Part shown: piece after piece, positions 21,886 to 33,794 of the stretch
Layout: every line of letters starts with the position of its first letter
Numbering within the stretch: position 1 is the first letter of the stretch
Assembly: GCF_902652985.1 (NCBI RefSeq)
Contig: NC_047020.1
Coordinates: 47,182,001 to 47,246,000, forward strand
DNA: 64,000 nt
Source: Pecten maximus
Lineage: Eukaryota
Direction of reading: 5' to 3'
Translations under genes and position numbers: made by a program
Notes under the pieces: model-generated
The model's database searches: none
Told to the model about the DNA's origin: nothing
The model's input: the letters and a program-made list of their open reading frames with translations, nothing else

Positions 21886-22743
21886 TGTAACGCAGTTGCG
21901 TTTCGCTCGTTTATTTTTGGACTCCTTCCGGAAAATTGTAACATCCGGTTACGTAAGATACCCGTGCTGCTGTGGGGTCAATCACTTTTCGTCCGGGTGT
22001 CAGCAGGGTAAGTGGTGTTGACTTTTAATCTGTGAAATTAATTAGATAACCGTCGCCCATCCTTTCCTAAATTTCATATTAATTTGTCTGCTGGATATTA
22101 TTTGCCACTACCGTACATGTATTTTTATTTTCACGTGTAGTATTTTGATGTATTTTCGATGTATAGAACTTTGTTTAATTTGAGTCTCGTGTGCCGGTGT
22201 CATGTCGGAAGTCAGGTTGTTGCTTGAAGGAGTTATTCCATTTTGAGAGCACTCGCGGAGTGGCTAGTGAATATTTCCGCCTCTCGGGCTGTTTCTATAC
22301 CGGTTAAGCGAGGGATGGTTGTTGGTAACCTCGTAAGTAGATACGGGAGAAAAGACGGGTGGTTAGCAAATGTTGTATTCTGACCGGACATGCCACGTGC
22401 TTGAGACTCGGGGTAAACTACATTTATTTCATTTATATGGTTAGTTGTGATTAAAAGATGGTTGGTAAATGTTTCAGGCTAGACGTATATAATTGTGAAT
22501 TCCTCACTGTGCCTCGCGGGTATTATTTTGGTACTTTGTTATTTTTACACATGTTAATAAATTGTTGAACTTTATATGACGAGTCTATTTTCTTTCTCAC
22601 CAGTTTACTAAATGCTGTCTATTACTTGAAAATTCATTTGTGTTTGGAATCTGCAAGCGAAAGCGGCAGTCGAACCCTGGGCAAAAACTTGGTAGCAGTC
22701 CGACACACGTGGCACCCCTGCGGTACACGTGCTGCGCGTTACA
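21886..22743 (+). mobile_element. Solo LTR (Gypsy-like), 858 bp
   Basis: Perfect 8-bp terminal inverted repeat TGTAACGC...GCGTTACA, 4-bp TSD TAAT on both sides, AATAAA near 22556, no ORF. Confidence 0.85.
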
Positions 22744-23156
22744 TAATACTATTCACGTTTTCTAATATATTTGTATGTTGAATGTATAAAATTTGACCTG
22801 CTAAAATGATCAACTGTCATGTTGGAAAAAAATTAGAGGAAACCCTGATTACTATAACATTTAGCATCATATCAAACAATATATCTAATGAGACATTTCT
22901 TTGTAAATTGTTTGAATTAAGTATTTTCAACCCATCGTGACACATGTTTTACTGCTGTATTTTCATGTCGTCATTTCCGTGTTGTGTATCGCCCATGCTG
23001 CAGGTGTGGTTTGAATTATATACCAACATGCCGAAACTATTATCGATACTAGCATGACATACATATATGTACATAATTCTAATTAAATGATCACACATAC
23101 AGCAAAAAAACAATTTATTAGATGTTGTTGTAAACAGTACATATTATTTCTTTGAA

Positions 23157-23369
23157 GGAGAAAACAACAAACATACCAAGAAAAGAGCCTGGACACAGGA
23201 AGAAAATGACTGCCTGAAGAAAAAGTTTAAATTTTATTTTGCTGGTGTCAAAAGCGTCCACAATGCGGACATGGTGGATGCTCAAAAACTGTGTCCATCT
23301 CTTTGCCTTCGGACGAAGGCCCAAATAAGGGCAAAACTGAATAACATGAAACTGGGGAAATTGACTTAG
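23157..23369 (+). pseudogene. Probable terminal exon encoding a Myb/SANT-like helical domain (transposon-borne gene relic)
   Basis: Open frame GENNKHTKKRAWTQEENDCLKKKF...CPSLCLRTKAQIRAKLNNMK...TAG with a W-T-x-E-E...R-T-x-x-Q-I pattern; degenerate second copy at ~24110-24220. Confidence 0.5.
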
Positions 23370-23404
23370 GAGATCAGAAAAAGTTCAAATTTTATTAATG
23401 GTTT

Positions 23405-24100
23405 GTTATATCATCAAATTGCCTGTTGTCCGTGGTTCTCCAACCATCCATAAACAATTCTTCTTACCACTATTTCTCAGAAAGTACTGCAGGAATCTTT
23501 CTCAAATTTCATTTGTAGATTTCCCTTGGTCCCTAGTTATGCATATTGTATTTTGAGACTGATTTAAAAAAAGAACTTGGCTACCAGACGGCCATCTTGG
23601 GTTATGAGAGCTGAAGTTTGTTATCGCCATTTCTCAGGAAAGTACTGGAGGGATCTCCCTTGGTCTCTAGTTATGCATATTAAATTCTGAGACTGGTCAG
23701 AAAAACATCATAGCTGCCAGAGGACCATTTTGGATTTTGAGAGTTGAAGTTTATCGCTTTCTCTGAATGTGCTGGAGGTATATTTCTCAGATTTGATATG
23801 TTGGGTTCTCTTGGTCCCTGGTTGTGCATGTTACATTTTGAGACTGATCTTAAAAAGAATATGGCCGTCAGACAATCATCTTGGATCGCTATTTCTCAGA
23901 AAGTACTCTAGGGATCTTTCTCAAATTTCTTTGAGGGGACAATGTCAAACATAGTAGTGTGAAGTTTTGATTAAAGCAACAAAATTATGTTTTCACTGTT
24001 GATGTGAATTGAACAGATGGAAAAGAATGGAAAATATCAATAGAACTAATGTATATCTTACAACGGTGGGCGCCAAGATCCTTCTGAGTTCTCTTAGTTT
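23405..24100 (-). mobile_element. Degenerate Helentron-type non-autonomous element (HINE-like) with ~155-bp internal repeats
   Basis: Reverse-complement homology to the 27836-29290 element: the end ...GGTGGGCGCCAAGATCC...CTCTT and about 3 decayed monomers (CTATTTCTCAGAAAGTACT...TCTCAAATTTC). Confidence 0.75.
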
Positions 24101-26299
24101 CGCTTGTGTAAAGAAAAGCATTCCCAATGTGGACATGGTGGATGCTCAAATATTATGCCCATCTCTTTGACTAAATCTGGTTGAAACTGAATAACATGAA
24201 ACCCAGGAAATACAAGTAGGCTGATGTGTATTTCAGTATTAAATTTAAATTTACAATGGTAACTTTAGTTCAAATCCATTGTGGTTCAGTTATTAGCTCA
24301 CCTGGCTTTACTAGTCATAAAGTACTGAATGTTTTTTAACGTGGTCAGAAACATCTTTTAGGAATTTCATTGGATTTCAATTTAAGGGTCTGATAAAATT
24401 TTCTCAAACATTCACTGTAAATAATGTCAGCATTTTGTTTGGATTACTACTTTTGTTTTGGTGACATGCTGTTTATATGGGCATAAATTGTGTGTTGAAA
24501 GTTATTGTCAGGTTTTATGTTAATGATATTGTTGTAGATTCATAATTTTATGATGGAATGTGAGCATATTTTTGTAAATCTATCTTTAAAAGGTAAAACC
24601 CATACATTACATTTGCTCTTAGGATTGGCTAATATTTATCACAGCAACAACACCGGATGTTGTCCATATACATTCAAAACTTCAATATGTCCAGCATCCA
24701 GCATGTTGTTTCTTTTTGAATGATTTGTTGATACATTGACATCATCAGTGATATGTCATGAATTTATTGAAATTTAGAAGATAATTCTAGTTAATTCTTG
24801 TTACAAGTGAAATTTGAGTATTTTACTTTTTTTTAATCTACCAAGTATCACTAGGCTCCTTAATAAATTCTGAAAAATACCTTTCTTGTGTTCATGTCAT
24901 ATTATTTGGATTTCTTGTACATTCTCTTAACACTTATATTATTGTGCTATATTTGAAGTGATTGTTATCATTGGCTGTCATTTACATCTTTTCTTTAAGA
25001 AAGTGTGTTCTGAAATTTTAATTGGTACCATGGAAAATGATTATGTGTATGTGGTAAAAATTATTTAGATGAGAAATAATAGATGACATTGATTAAGATG
25101 GAATTGATTGTTTTGGGTTGCTAGTTAAAAAAATTGTGCCAAAATTTGTCAAAATTAACCAAATATTCACATCTGCATAATATATGCAAAGTAAATAGTG
25201 CCATTAGAGGTTACATGGTAACTGTACAGTAGATGAAATGACAGATGCATTTTATTTTAGTTGTATCAGGGATGTATTCTTTGGATTTGGGGGACCAAAG
25301 AATTAAGGCCAAACGGTCCCATTGTTTTTTGTTGCATATGTTTGTTATGACACAGATGGAAAAACAAGATATCCTGCAGGTTTCCATTGAAATTACGTTA
25401 TGCTGATTTCATTTTGGAAGTTTGATATTCCGATTTTTTTAAAAGAAATTACTGTACACATCTTTCTAAAACTTCATATGCAGGCCTCCTTTCCTGTTTT
25501 TATTGGCCCTACTTATAGGGAAGATTAAAAAGCAAAAAGATCAATCTTATCATAAAAAAATCTTTTGGTTGGCACCAATATATGACCTTGTGTTGGTATT
25601 TTAGTTCATTAAGTATGTTTAATATCATTGTATGAAATACTGATTCAGAATAAATTTACTGAAAAGATTTTCTTTTTCTGTTATATATGAAGTATATAGC
25701 GTGTTGATCGTGGACTCAAATATCAGAAGGTGGACATGGGTGTCGTAGGTTGACATGTGTAGACACCCACGTGCTGCTTTTATGTATTGTCAAAATGTAT
25801 CCATGTGGTGTTATGGAGTATTTATTTCAAGCAATAAATGACCTTAAGACATTAATTGTTGATATAAATGAGAGCTTTGCAAGCAACCAACAACATGGTA
25901 TGTTTCCTGCAATGCTCAGTCATTTATTCCAACCGTAACTGCCATAACAAGATTAATTCAATACTCACCTAATATTTACACTTCACAGCCATACTGCCAC
26001 CTTATTCTGATTATAGCTCAATTTAAACTAAGAAAAATGATTCTTTGTCGACATTGTTTTTAACAATGGTGAAATATTAGTCATAGTTTGGATAGCATAA
26101 TTTTATGGTGTCTTTCATTGTACCTGGTTTATATAGTTGCTTTGCTGTTCCAGTGTAAATATAGCGTATTTTATGATATGCATAGGCAAGCCAGAACAGA
26201 GGGCCTGTTGTATGGCCATCCACATCATGGGAGCCATTCAACTGTGCCTGAAAGATCGGATAACATCACATTATTACCATCATCATTATTAGGAGACCA

Positions 26300-26755
26300 A
26301 AAGCCCCAATAATTTGGTTAAATTTATGAGAACAAAAGCCCCAATAATTTGGTTTGTTAACAAATGATTTAGGCCCCAACAGTTTGGTTGAATTATTGAT
26401 CTTTATATATAATTGTATATCAAAAAGCTGTTGAGTCACAAGGAAAGTTATATTAAGGCCCCAATAATTTGGTTTCATATGTTAAACTTGATGCCCCAAT
26501 ATTTAATATACATCTATAAGCTATTGGGTCCTGAGAAAGACGACCCAATTATCTTAAAGTGACGGACCCAATTTCATCTGTATAAAAACAGTTTAATGTC
26601 ACCAGTCATCTACCTATTTGAATCGATGTATATAGGTATATATGTATTCTAACCACAAAGGAGAAGATAACGTCACATTCCATCTACACGTATCGGCTCT
26701 CTTTCTAGTAGGTCCCAATAAATAGGTTTAATTTACCAGACCCAATTAGCCTGTG
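26300..26755. repeat. Cluster of short direct repeats ending at CTGTG; possible EnSpm/CACTA-type terminus
   Basis: About 6 copies of CCCCAATAATTTGGTT-like motifs at irregular spacing, ending ...AGCCTGTG before a (TA)n tract. The partner terminus was not found. Confidence 0.4.
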
Positions 26756-26893
26756 GTTATAACTATATATATATATATCATTAATATCTTCATCATATAT
26801 ATATATATATATATATATATCATTAATATCTTCAATAAATATTAATATTCAAAAACTTTCAAAATTCATTTATTGCTGTGAAATTGTTTATAT

Positions 26894-27054
26894 TGTAACC
26901 CTGGTATTAATACTAGCCGCAATATACCGCTCAGCTAGAGAGATCTTCTCTTTAGCTAAATTGGTTGAGTGTAAGACTAATAAGCTAGAGGCCCTGGCTT
27001 CGATCCCTAGCGGAGGCAGTGATTTAAATTTAATTAAGCATGCGCTCTGTTACA
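26894..27054 (+). mobile_element. 161-bp mini solo-LTR containing a tRNA-derived Pol III cassette
   Basis: TGTAAC...GTTACA termini and ATAT TSD on both sides; internal A-box TAGCTAAATTGG and B-box GCTTCGATCCC at tRNA-like spacing (~26947-27018). Confidence 0.75.
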
Positions 27055-27060
27055 ATATTT

Positions 27061-27164
27061 ATCACAGGGGGCAGGGGAGGACCAACGTCACAAAAAAATA
27101 ATTGTTAGATAAATAATCTGACAATCATTTTTTGTGACGTAGGTTCGCGCCTACCCCCTGTGAT
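27061..27164. mobile_element. Palindromic MITE-like hairpin (~104 bp)
   Basis: ATCACAGGGGG..ACGTCACAAAAAA..TTGT(T/C)AGAT pairs with ATCTGACAA..TTTTTTGTGACGT..CCCCCTGTGAT. Confidence 0.75.
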
Positions 27165-27835
27165 ATTTTTCTGTCGCCCAACAAGCCCCTTATTTTAGGC
27201 AAACCCCCCTTGAAATAATCATCAAACTCTCTTATTGGTCATGTAAAAAGTATGACATGTACATAAAAGGATAATTTTGAAACTGATAAGATTTATTGTT
27301 TTTATTTCATTTTGTGTTTGCACTTGATTTTCTGATATATGTAAGTGAGACATTGCTTTCATGTTATTGTTTGAAAACAAAGTAGTCATCACATGTAAAA
27401 ATCTTGAATGGTTCTACAGTGTTATCTTTATTTGTAAGCTATGGGTGATTTACCAGATTATGGTAATGCTCAAAAACAAAAGCATAGGTTTTTCAAACAC
27501 TACAGTAATTGAATCATTTGAGTATCTTTGAATATTGGTCTTTAAATCTTCTGTTGAAAATACGCACAACAATCTGCGGGCTATCGCATATATGGACAGA
27601 CATTTTAGGATGAAATACCAAAAATACTAAGCACTGTTTCTTATCACCTAAGTACTTGTTACTTAAGTTTGTTTTTTCCTGTAGGTGACAGTGTATTTCT
27701 TGGCTCTTAATCAAGTGCAAAAGACATTGCGAGAGTTACATTTACTCGTATTTGAGTGTTTCGACCTAGTGATGTAAATATCATAATGGCGATATCTACT
27801 GCTATTAACAAAGTCATCGGCACTTTTAAGGCTGA

Positions 27836-29290
27836 AAAGACACGAGAGATCCCAGAGTAATCCTGGCGCCCACCATTGAATAATCTTTATATGTTCCATG
27901 TCAGATTAATCTTCTCTCTATTTTCCCTTCCTCTTACTAATCTGTGTAAATTGAGAAACATCCCTCCAGTACTTTTCAAACAAGGGGAACCTATATATGA
28001 AATTTGAGATTTAGCGATAATGACTGTCTGTCGGCCATGTTGTTTTCCGACTGGTACGAAAATGCAATATGCATAACAAAGGACCAAGGGGAACCTACAT
28101 ATGAAATTTGAGAAAGATCCCTTCTGTACTTCCTTAGAAATAGTGGTAACAAACTTCAATTGTCAAAATACAAGATGGCTGCCTGTCGGTCATGTTGTTT
28201 TTCGACTGGTCCCAAAATGCAATATGCGTAACAAAGGACCAAGGGGAACCTACATATGAAATTTGAGAAAGATCCCATCAGTACTTTCTGAGAAATAGTG
28301 GTAACAAACTTCAATTGTCAAAATCCAAGATGGCTGCCTGTCGGCCATGTTGTTTCCCGACTGGTCCCAAAATGCAATATGCATAACTAAAGACCAAGGG
28401 CAACCTACAAATGAAATTTGAGAAAGATCCCTTCAGTATTTTCTGAGAAACAGCGATAACAAACTTCAATTGTCAAAATCCAAGATGGCTGACTGTCGGC
28501 CATGTTTTTTTCTGACTAGTCCCAAAATGCAATATGCATAACAAGGGACCAAGGAGAACCTACATATGAAATTTGAGAAAGATCACATCTGTACTTTCTG
28601 AGAAATAGCGGTAACAAACTTCAATTGTCAAAATCCAAGTCGGCCATGTTGTTTTCCGACTGGTCCCAAAATGCAATATGCATAACTAAGGACCAAGGGC
28701 AACCTACAAATGAAATTTGAGAAAGATCCCTTCAGTACTTTCTGAGAAACAGCGATAACAAACTTCAATTGTCAAAATCCAAGATGGCTGACTGTCGGCC
28801 ATGTTTTTTTCTGACTAGTCCCAAAATGCAATATGCATAACAAGGGACCAAGGAGAACCTACGTATTAAATTTGAGAAAGATCCCATCTGTACTTTCTGA
28901 GAAATAGGGGTAAGAAACTTCAATGGTCAAAATCTAAGTCGGCCATGTTGTTTTCCGACTGGTCCCAAAATGCAATATGCATAACTAAAGACCAAGGGCA
29001 ACCTACACATGAAATTTGAGAAAGATCCCTTCAGTACTTTCTGAGAAACAGCGATAACAAGCTTCAATTGTCAAAATCCAAGATGGCTGACTGTCGGCCA
29101 TGTTTTTTTTCTGACTAGTCCCAAAATACAATATGCATAACTAGGGACCAAGGGCAACCTACGTATGAAATTTGAGAAAGATCCCTTCAGTACTTTCTGA
29201 GAAATAGCGATAACAAGAATTGTTGCGGACGGACGGACCAAGGACGCAGGGCGATTTGAATAGCCCACCATCTTATGATGATGGGCTAAT
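27836..29290 (+). mobile_element. Helentron-type non-autonomous element (HINE/pearl-like) carrying a ~155-bp tandem array
   Basis: Conserved head GAGATCCCAGAG..ATCCTGGCGCCCACC, about 8 monomers (AACCTAC at 28092, 28247, 28402, 28557, 28701, 28856, 29000, 29156), (GGAC)n microsatellite and terminal hairpin TAGCCCACCATC-TTAT-GATGATGGGCTA. Confidence 0.85.
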
Positions 29291-29852
29291 AAATGGACAA
29301 AAATGTTTTAGCCAACTTTCGAAAACGTTTTGGAACATTTGAATTTATGTCGGTAGCTAACTCCTGTAACGTATGGCTATGCAGACATACAGCGTACATG
29401 TAGCCTGTGCTGTTCTTCTATAATCTTTTAATAATTTTTTTTTTCATAGAAATTACTAAGAACTTGTGGTAAAACAAAATGTTATGCAACTAGAATGACA
29501 TGGTAAAGAGTAATTTACATACAGATGAAAAAGTATATTCTGTTATAAAGAAATGTGTTGTATTCAACCATATCAGAGACTTGTATATCACCATATGTAC
29601 AAATGTGTGCATGTATGTGTGTGAGAGATAAAGTTTATGATGCACACATTGTAACAAATGATTAATTATTACTATACAGTAATTATATTAGACATGATCA
29701 GTTTCACTAGACAGGATTTTGTACAGACCCAATGTATTGTACTTTTTTTTTTCAAGACAAAAAAAAATAAAGATTTCACAATGAAATGATCATTGCCTCG
29801 TTTTCTTATTTCATAAGCTCAAAACAAGCAATCTAGTTATCTTCCTTGTTAC

Positions 29853-29999
29853 CTTCTTTATTTAAAGATACCCCTAACCCCACAATATTTGGCCTGCCAT
29901 TATGACCCTCTATAAAGATTTTTTCCAATGGTGTTGTATCTTGGACAGCATGACCACCTCCGGTTTTAGGTCTTTTTGACTTGTCTATCTTCCCCTTGG
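29853..29999 (-). pseudogene. Isolated exon of a Myb/SANT-like (Harbinger ORF2/NAIF1-type) protein
   Basis: 147-bp phase-1 exon bounded by ttttcacAG and GTaac, reading AKGKIDKSKRPKTGGGHAVQDTTPLEKIFIEGHNGRPNIVGLG. The KTGGG...TP.E..I pattern follows the trihelix domain in these proteins. Confidence 0.45.
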
Positions 30000-30671
30000 C
30001 TGTGAAAAATTAGATAACAAATTGAAGTGTTTGAATGATCTCTGATTTCTTGCATGTTGGAGTATAAAAAAGAAAGTTGAATATATGTATGTATATGTAT
30101 AAATTATACATTTTAATTAATATGATAATTTCTAAAAATTTAATTGTTTCTTCTCTATAAGTAATTTACTCAATACAGCAGTTATTGGCATGTATGCTGT
30201 AATATACACTGTTGTTTATTAGTTATACAGGTGAAAATGTGTACCTCGCTGCTTGATATTATCAAACTGCTTCCGAATCTGAAGCATGGATCTGATTTCA
30301 ACCCCAACACTGAAAACAAAACAATACTGGTATAGATCTTTATCCTGCAACTGCCACCGCATTGTCGGAATACACCCACCGTATATATTTTTGCTGTATA
30401 CGGCAGTGACGGAAAACAGCTGTATTTTGGAATCCTAGCACGCGCGTCAGTTCGACTGACCTACTTCAAAGTGAAACTACGTTTGAAAGGCGAACATATT
30501 TCTGTCATTTTTGACACCGTTTCACTTAAAAATGATTATTTTTGATGATTATTTTTATGACTGTTGCAGGATAAATAGAATACATGGTCAGTGTCTTAAA
30601 ATATAAGCTGTATTTTTGACTCGGGACAGAAAGACAAAAGTGGCTCGCCACTTTTGTCTTTCTTTACCCTC

Positions 30672-31431
30672 GCTGAAAACCAGAGCTTGAAACTGTGCTG
30701 GTTGAATTATTATGTCACACCCCAAGTATTGATTAAAGAAATATTCCTATTTTGCAAAGAGTATCACATGTCATTGCGAATATCGACATTTCCGGGAGTG
30801 TAGCATAATAAATGGGATTATCTGTAACATTTATGACCAAAATAATGTAAACAGTGAAGGAATAAGGACACTCCACATGCTTTTATGTATTAATTTAGAC
30901 ATATTTACAATTACAGGAAATTTTTAGTAAAAAAATATAAAGTAAAAGCCTCCTCCCCCCGCCCAGGACTGATAATGTAAATGGAGGAAAATCTAGGGAT
31001 AAATTTATAGTTTTTTGCACTTAAGTGTAAAAAAAGTTTTTTGCACTTAAATGGACATCACGGTAAAAACGTTGTAATTTTCATTGAATATACGTGTTTT
31101 GGTCCTTTCCAGTTATGTTTCTGTGCTGTCCAAATGTTTACAGTCAATCCCTATGTCCAGCTTGACCACTTGATTTAGTTGGGAATCCCCCTCTAAATTT
31201 AGCGCGGAAATTATTTTTAAATCATCACGTGACTGTTTTGAAATCGCGGCAACACAAACACTCGATAGTTTACAAGGCGAAATATTCCATCTGGGATAAC
31301 GATATTATACAGTGGTTTAAATGTTAAATAACACGTTCTGTATATATTCCGGCACACATATTTATGTGTAAATAAGTGTAAACACTGTACATATACAAAA
31401 TGTAGCATAGTGACAGTAGCGATGTTCTGGT
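30672..31431 (-). repeat. 760-bp inverted repeat, left arm
   Basis: Reverse complement of 33795-34554 with about 3 mismatches seen. Confidence 0.95.
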
Positions 31432-31931
31432 ACAGACTGTATAAATATTACTGAGTTTATGTAACTATTACCGAGTTTGTGTATTACTGAGATTGTCATG
31501 ACCTACTATCCAGCAATCAAGCAGAATACGAGCAGCGTCCGTATTACTGCTGTTTTCATGTTTGAACTGTATTGTACTGCTTCCCCAGTTTAATTCTAGG
31601 ATTATGTTTGATCCATTTTCCCATTATTCTCTTCATTGCGGAAGCTGTTATCGTTTTCAACCGCAGTCGATTCACATTGGAAGCCATTTTTGTTTTCAGG
31701 ATTTTTAGTGTGTTGTGCGCAAGCGTGTTATCGTATATGTCACAAAATTTGCATATTCAGACTATTGATCAACGAATTGTGATAACCTTTTTATAATTAA
31801 TAATTGATGTTTTTTATGTACATATATCATCAAATTCGAATGGTTACTGTTCATAAGGATATTTGTTTTAAAGATATACCTAATAATATGAAAAAATACA
31901 AAATAAAAATTGGTTTACCGTGATGTCCCTT

Positions 31932-32400
31932 TAAGTGAAAAAAAAGTAGTGTTAAAAAAAAGTTTTTTGCACTTAAGTGTAAAAAAAAGTTTTTTGCACT
32001 TAAGTGTAAAAAAAGTAGTGTAAAAAAAAAGTTTTTTGCGCTTAAGTGTAAAAAAAAGTTTTTTGCACTTAAGTGTAAAAAAGTAGTGTAAAAAAAAAGT
32101 TTTTTGCGCTTAAGTGTAAAAAAAAGTTTTTTGCACTTAAGTGTAAAAAAAGTAGTGTAAAAAAAAGTTTTTTGCACTTAAGTGTAAAAAAAGTAGTGTA
32201 AAAAAAAGTTTTTTGCACTTAAGTGTAAAAAAAGTAGTGTAAAAAAAAAGTTTTTTGCACTTAAGTGAAAAAAAAGTTTTTTGCACTTAAGTGTAAAAAA
32301 AAAGTTTTTTGCACTTAAGTGTAAAAAAAAGTTTTTTGCACTCAAGTGAAAAGAAAGTTTTTTGCACTCAAGTGTAAAAAAAAAGTTTTTTGCACTTAAG
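31932..32400. repeat. Minisatellite of ~25/39-bp units built on the palindrome CACTTAAGTG
   Basis: About 15 copies of AAAAAAGTTTTTTGCACTTAAGTGT with an optional AAAAAAGTAGTGT insert. Confidence 0.95.
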
Positions 32401-32594
32401 GTATCCTTAAGGAAAATAATGATAACAAATGTGTTTTAGAAAAGAAAATATCAAAATCTCTATTTGTTGGGTAATTCCCAAAATGCAAGTTACATATATA
32501 TAAAAAAAATCATAACTGTCAAAGTTAGTATTTAAATTTAATTTCCAATCTTGTCTACTATTATGAAATGTTATATTTATTCATACTAGTGTTA

Positions 32595-32900
32595 GATGTT
32601 GTACTCATCCAACTAAGAGGAAATGACATCTCGGCGACATTATCCCCAGCTACATGTTCCAGAGATTTCCGACACTGCAGGTGGACCTACATCACGCTGG
32701 AATTCAGGAAGTGTACTTTTCGGAGATTGTGCGACGTGGTAACTCTGACAAGTCCCCCGGCCTGACAACGACCTCTTTTGAGAAACAACGGAAGAAGATA
32801 AATGAACAACTGCTTACTAGAGGACTTTGACTGTGACCAAGTGCATTTCAACAACTCAGGACTCAGGACCCAGTTCCATGCTTTGAGACGACCAGTTTTT
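32595..32900 (+). pseudogene. SGNH/GDSL hydrolase relic
   Basis: Across frameshifts it reads DVVLIQLRGNDIS (block III GxND) ... GIQEVYFSEIVRRG...FEKQRKKINEQL ... DFDCDQVHFNNSG (block V DxxH). Confidence 0.6.
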
Positions 32901-33794
32901 GTATAATTGATTGAAATTGATAAACATCTTTAATATGTCATGTTATGCTTTGTAATTTACAATATGTTTCAAGCGATTAATCTTAAAAATCATAACTATT
33001 AACTAGAATCATTTCATGATAATCATATTTTATTTTATTATTCAATCAACTTTATTGTTGCGAGTTAGAAATGTAAACATTATGATTGATGTTGTTTCCA
33101 TTATCATTATTTTTGTCTGTGTCATATTAATATTTTGATTTCAGATCTATCTGCTTGTGTCTATATTATATAATAATATAAATATCCGATTCCTTTTAAA
33201 TGTTTAATTCCTTTAAATGTTTTGTGTACTACTTTATTGTATATAAAACTATATATCTGCCATTGATAACAATATATAACACAATAAATCATGATTGGTT
33301 TTCAAAGTTGCAGTATATGGACTGTATTAATATCTTAGTTTTTTTATAAATTAAAAGTGTTAAATAGTGTCCAATCTGGTTTTGTTCATTTTGTAAATGT
33401 AAGGGTTATGCCTTTAAAATACATAATTATAAACAATTTTTGGTAAAAAAAAGGTATTTCAATATGTAATAGAATCAAAACACTGCGAAATAACACAATT
33501 TATAAGCGATAAACACCTTTAATACCCATTCTGGTCCAGTTTCATGTCTCTGAGGACTTTGCAAGAGTTACTTCCCTTGAATTGACCTGAAATTACGATA
33601 GACAAAAAATACCGAAATTCGTACAAAATACACATTTGAAAAATCCTTTGATTTTTGCACAAACAACTCTTGAATTTTACTATGGCGTGCAGAAACACGT
33701 ATGTAGTATGTAGTGCAAAGCGCTTCATCCTGGCTACGCAAATAAGACCGACTTTTTTACAAAGTGTACATTTTTTTAATGAAACTTCATCAGA

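Noticed and set aside
26300-26520. CRISPR-like repeat/spacer appearance (also the 21-mer arrays at 47-50 kb)
   Set aside because: Repeats are short, degenerate and irregularly spaced; the context is eukaryotic and intron-containing, with no cas genes.
26947-27018. Functional tRNA gene
   Set aside because: Stems pair poorly, the B-box deviates, and the sequence is embedded in a TSD-flanked TG...CA element, so it is treated as tRNA-derived.
31851-32177. 108-aa ORF with repeated FFLHLSAKN
   Set aside because: Translation of the minisatellite; A-tract lengths vary without preserving frame.
31868-32410. Kolobok-like TTAA-flanked element around the minisatellite
   Set aside because: The putative TIRs (AGATATACC / GGTATCC) match too weakly, and TTAA is abundant in the array itself.
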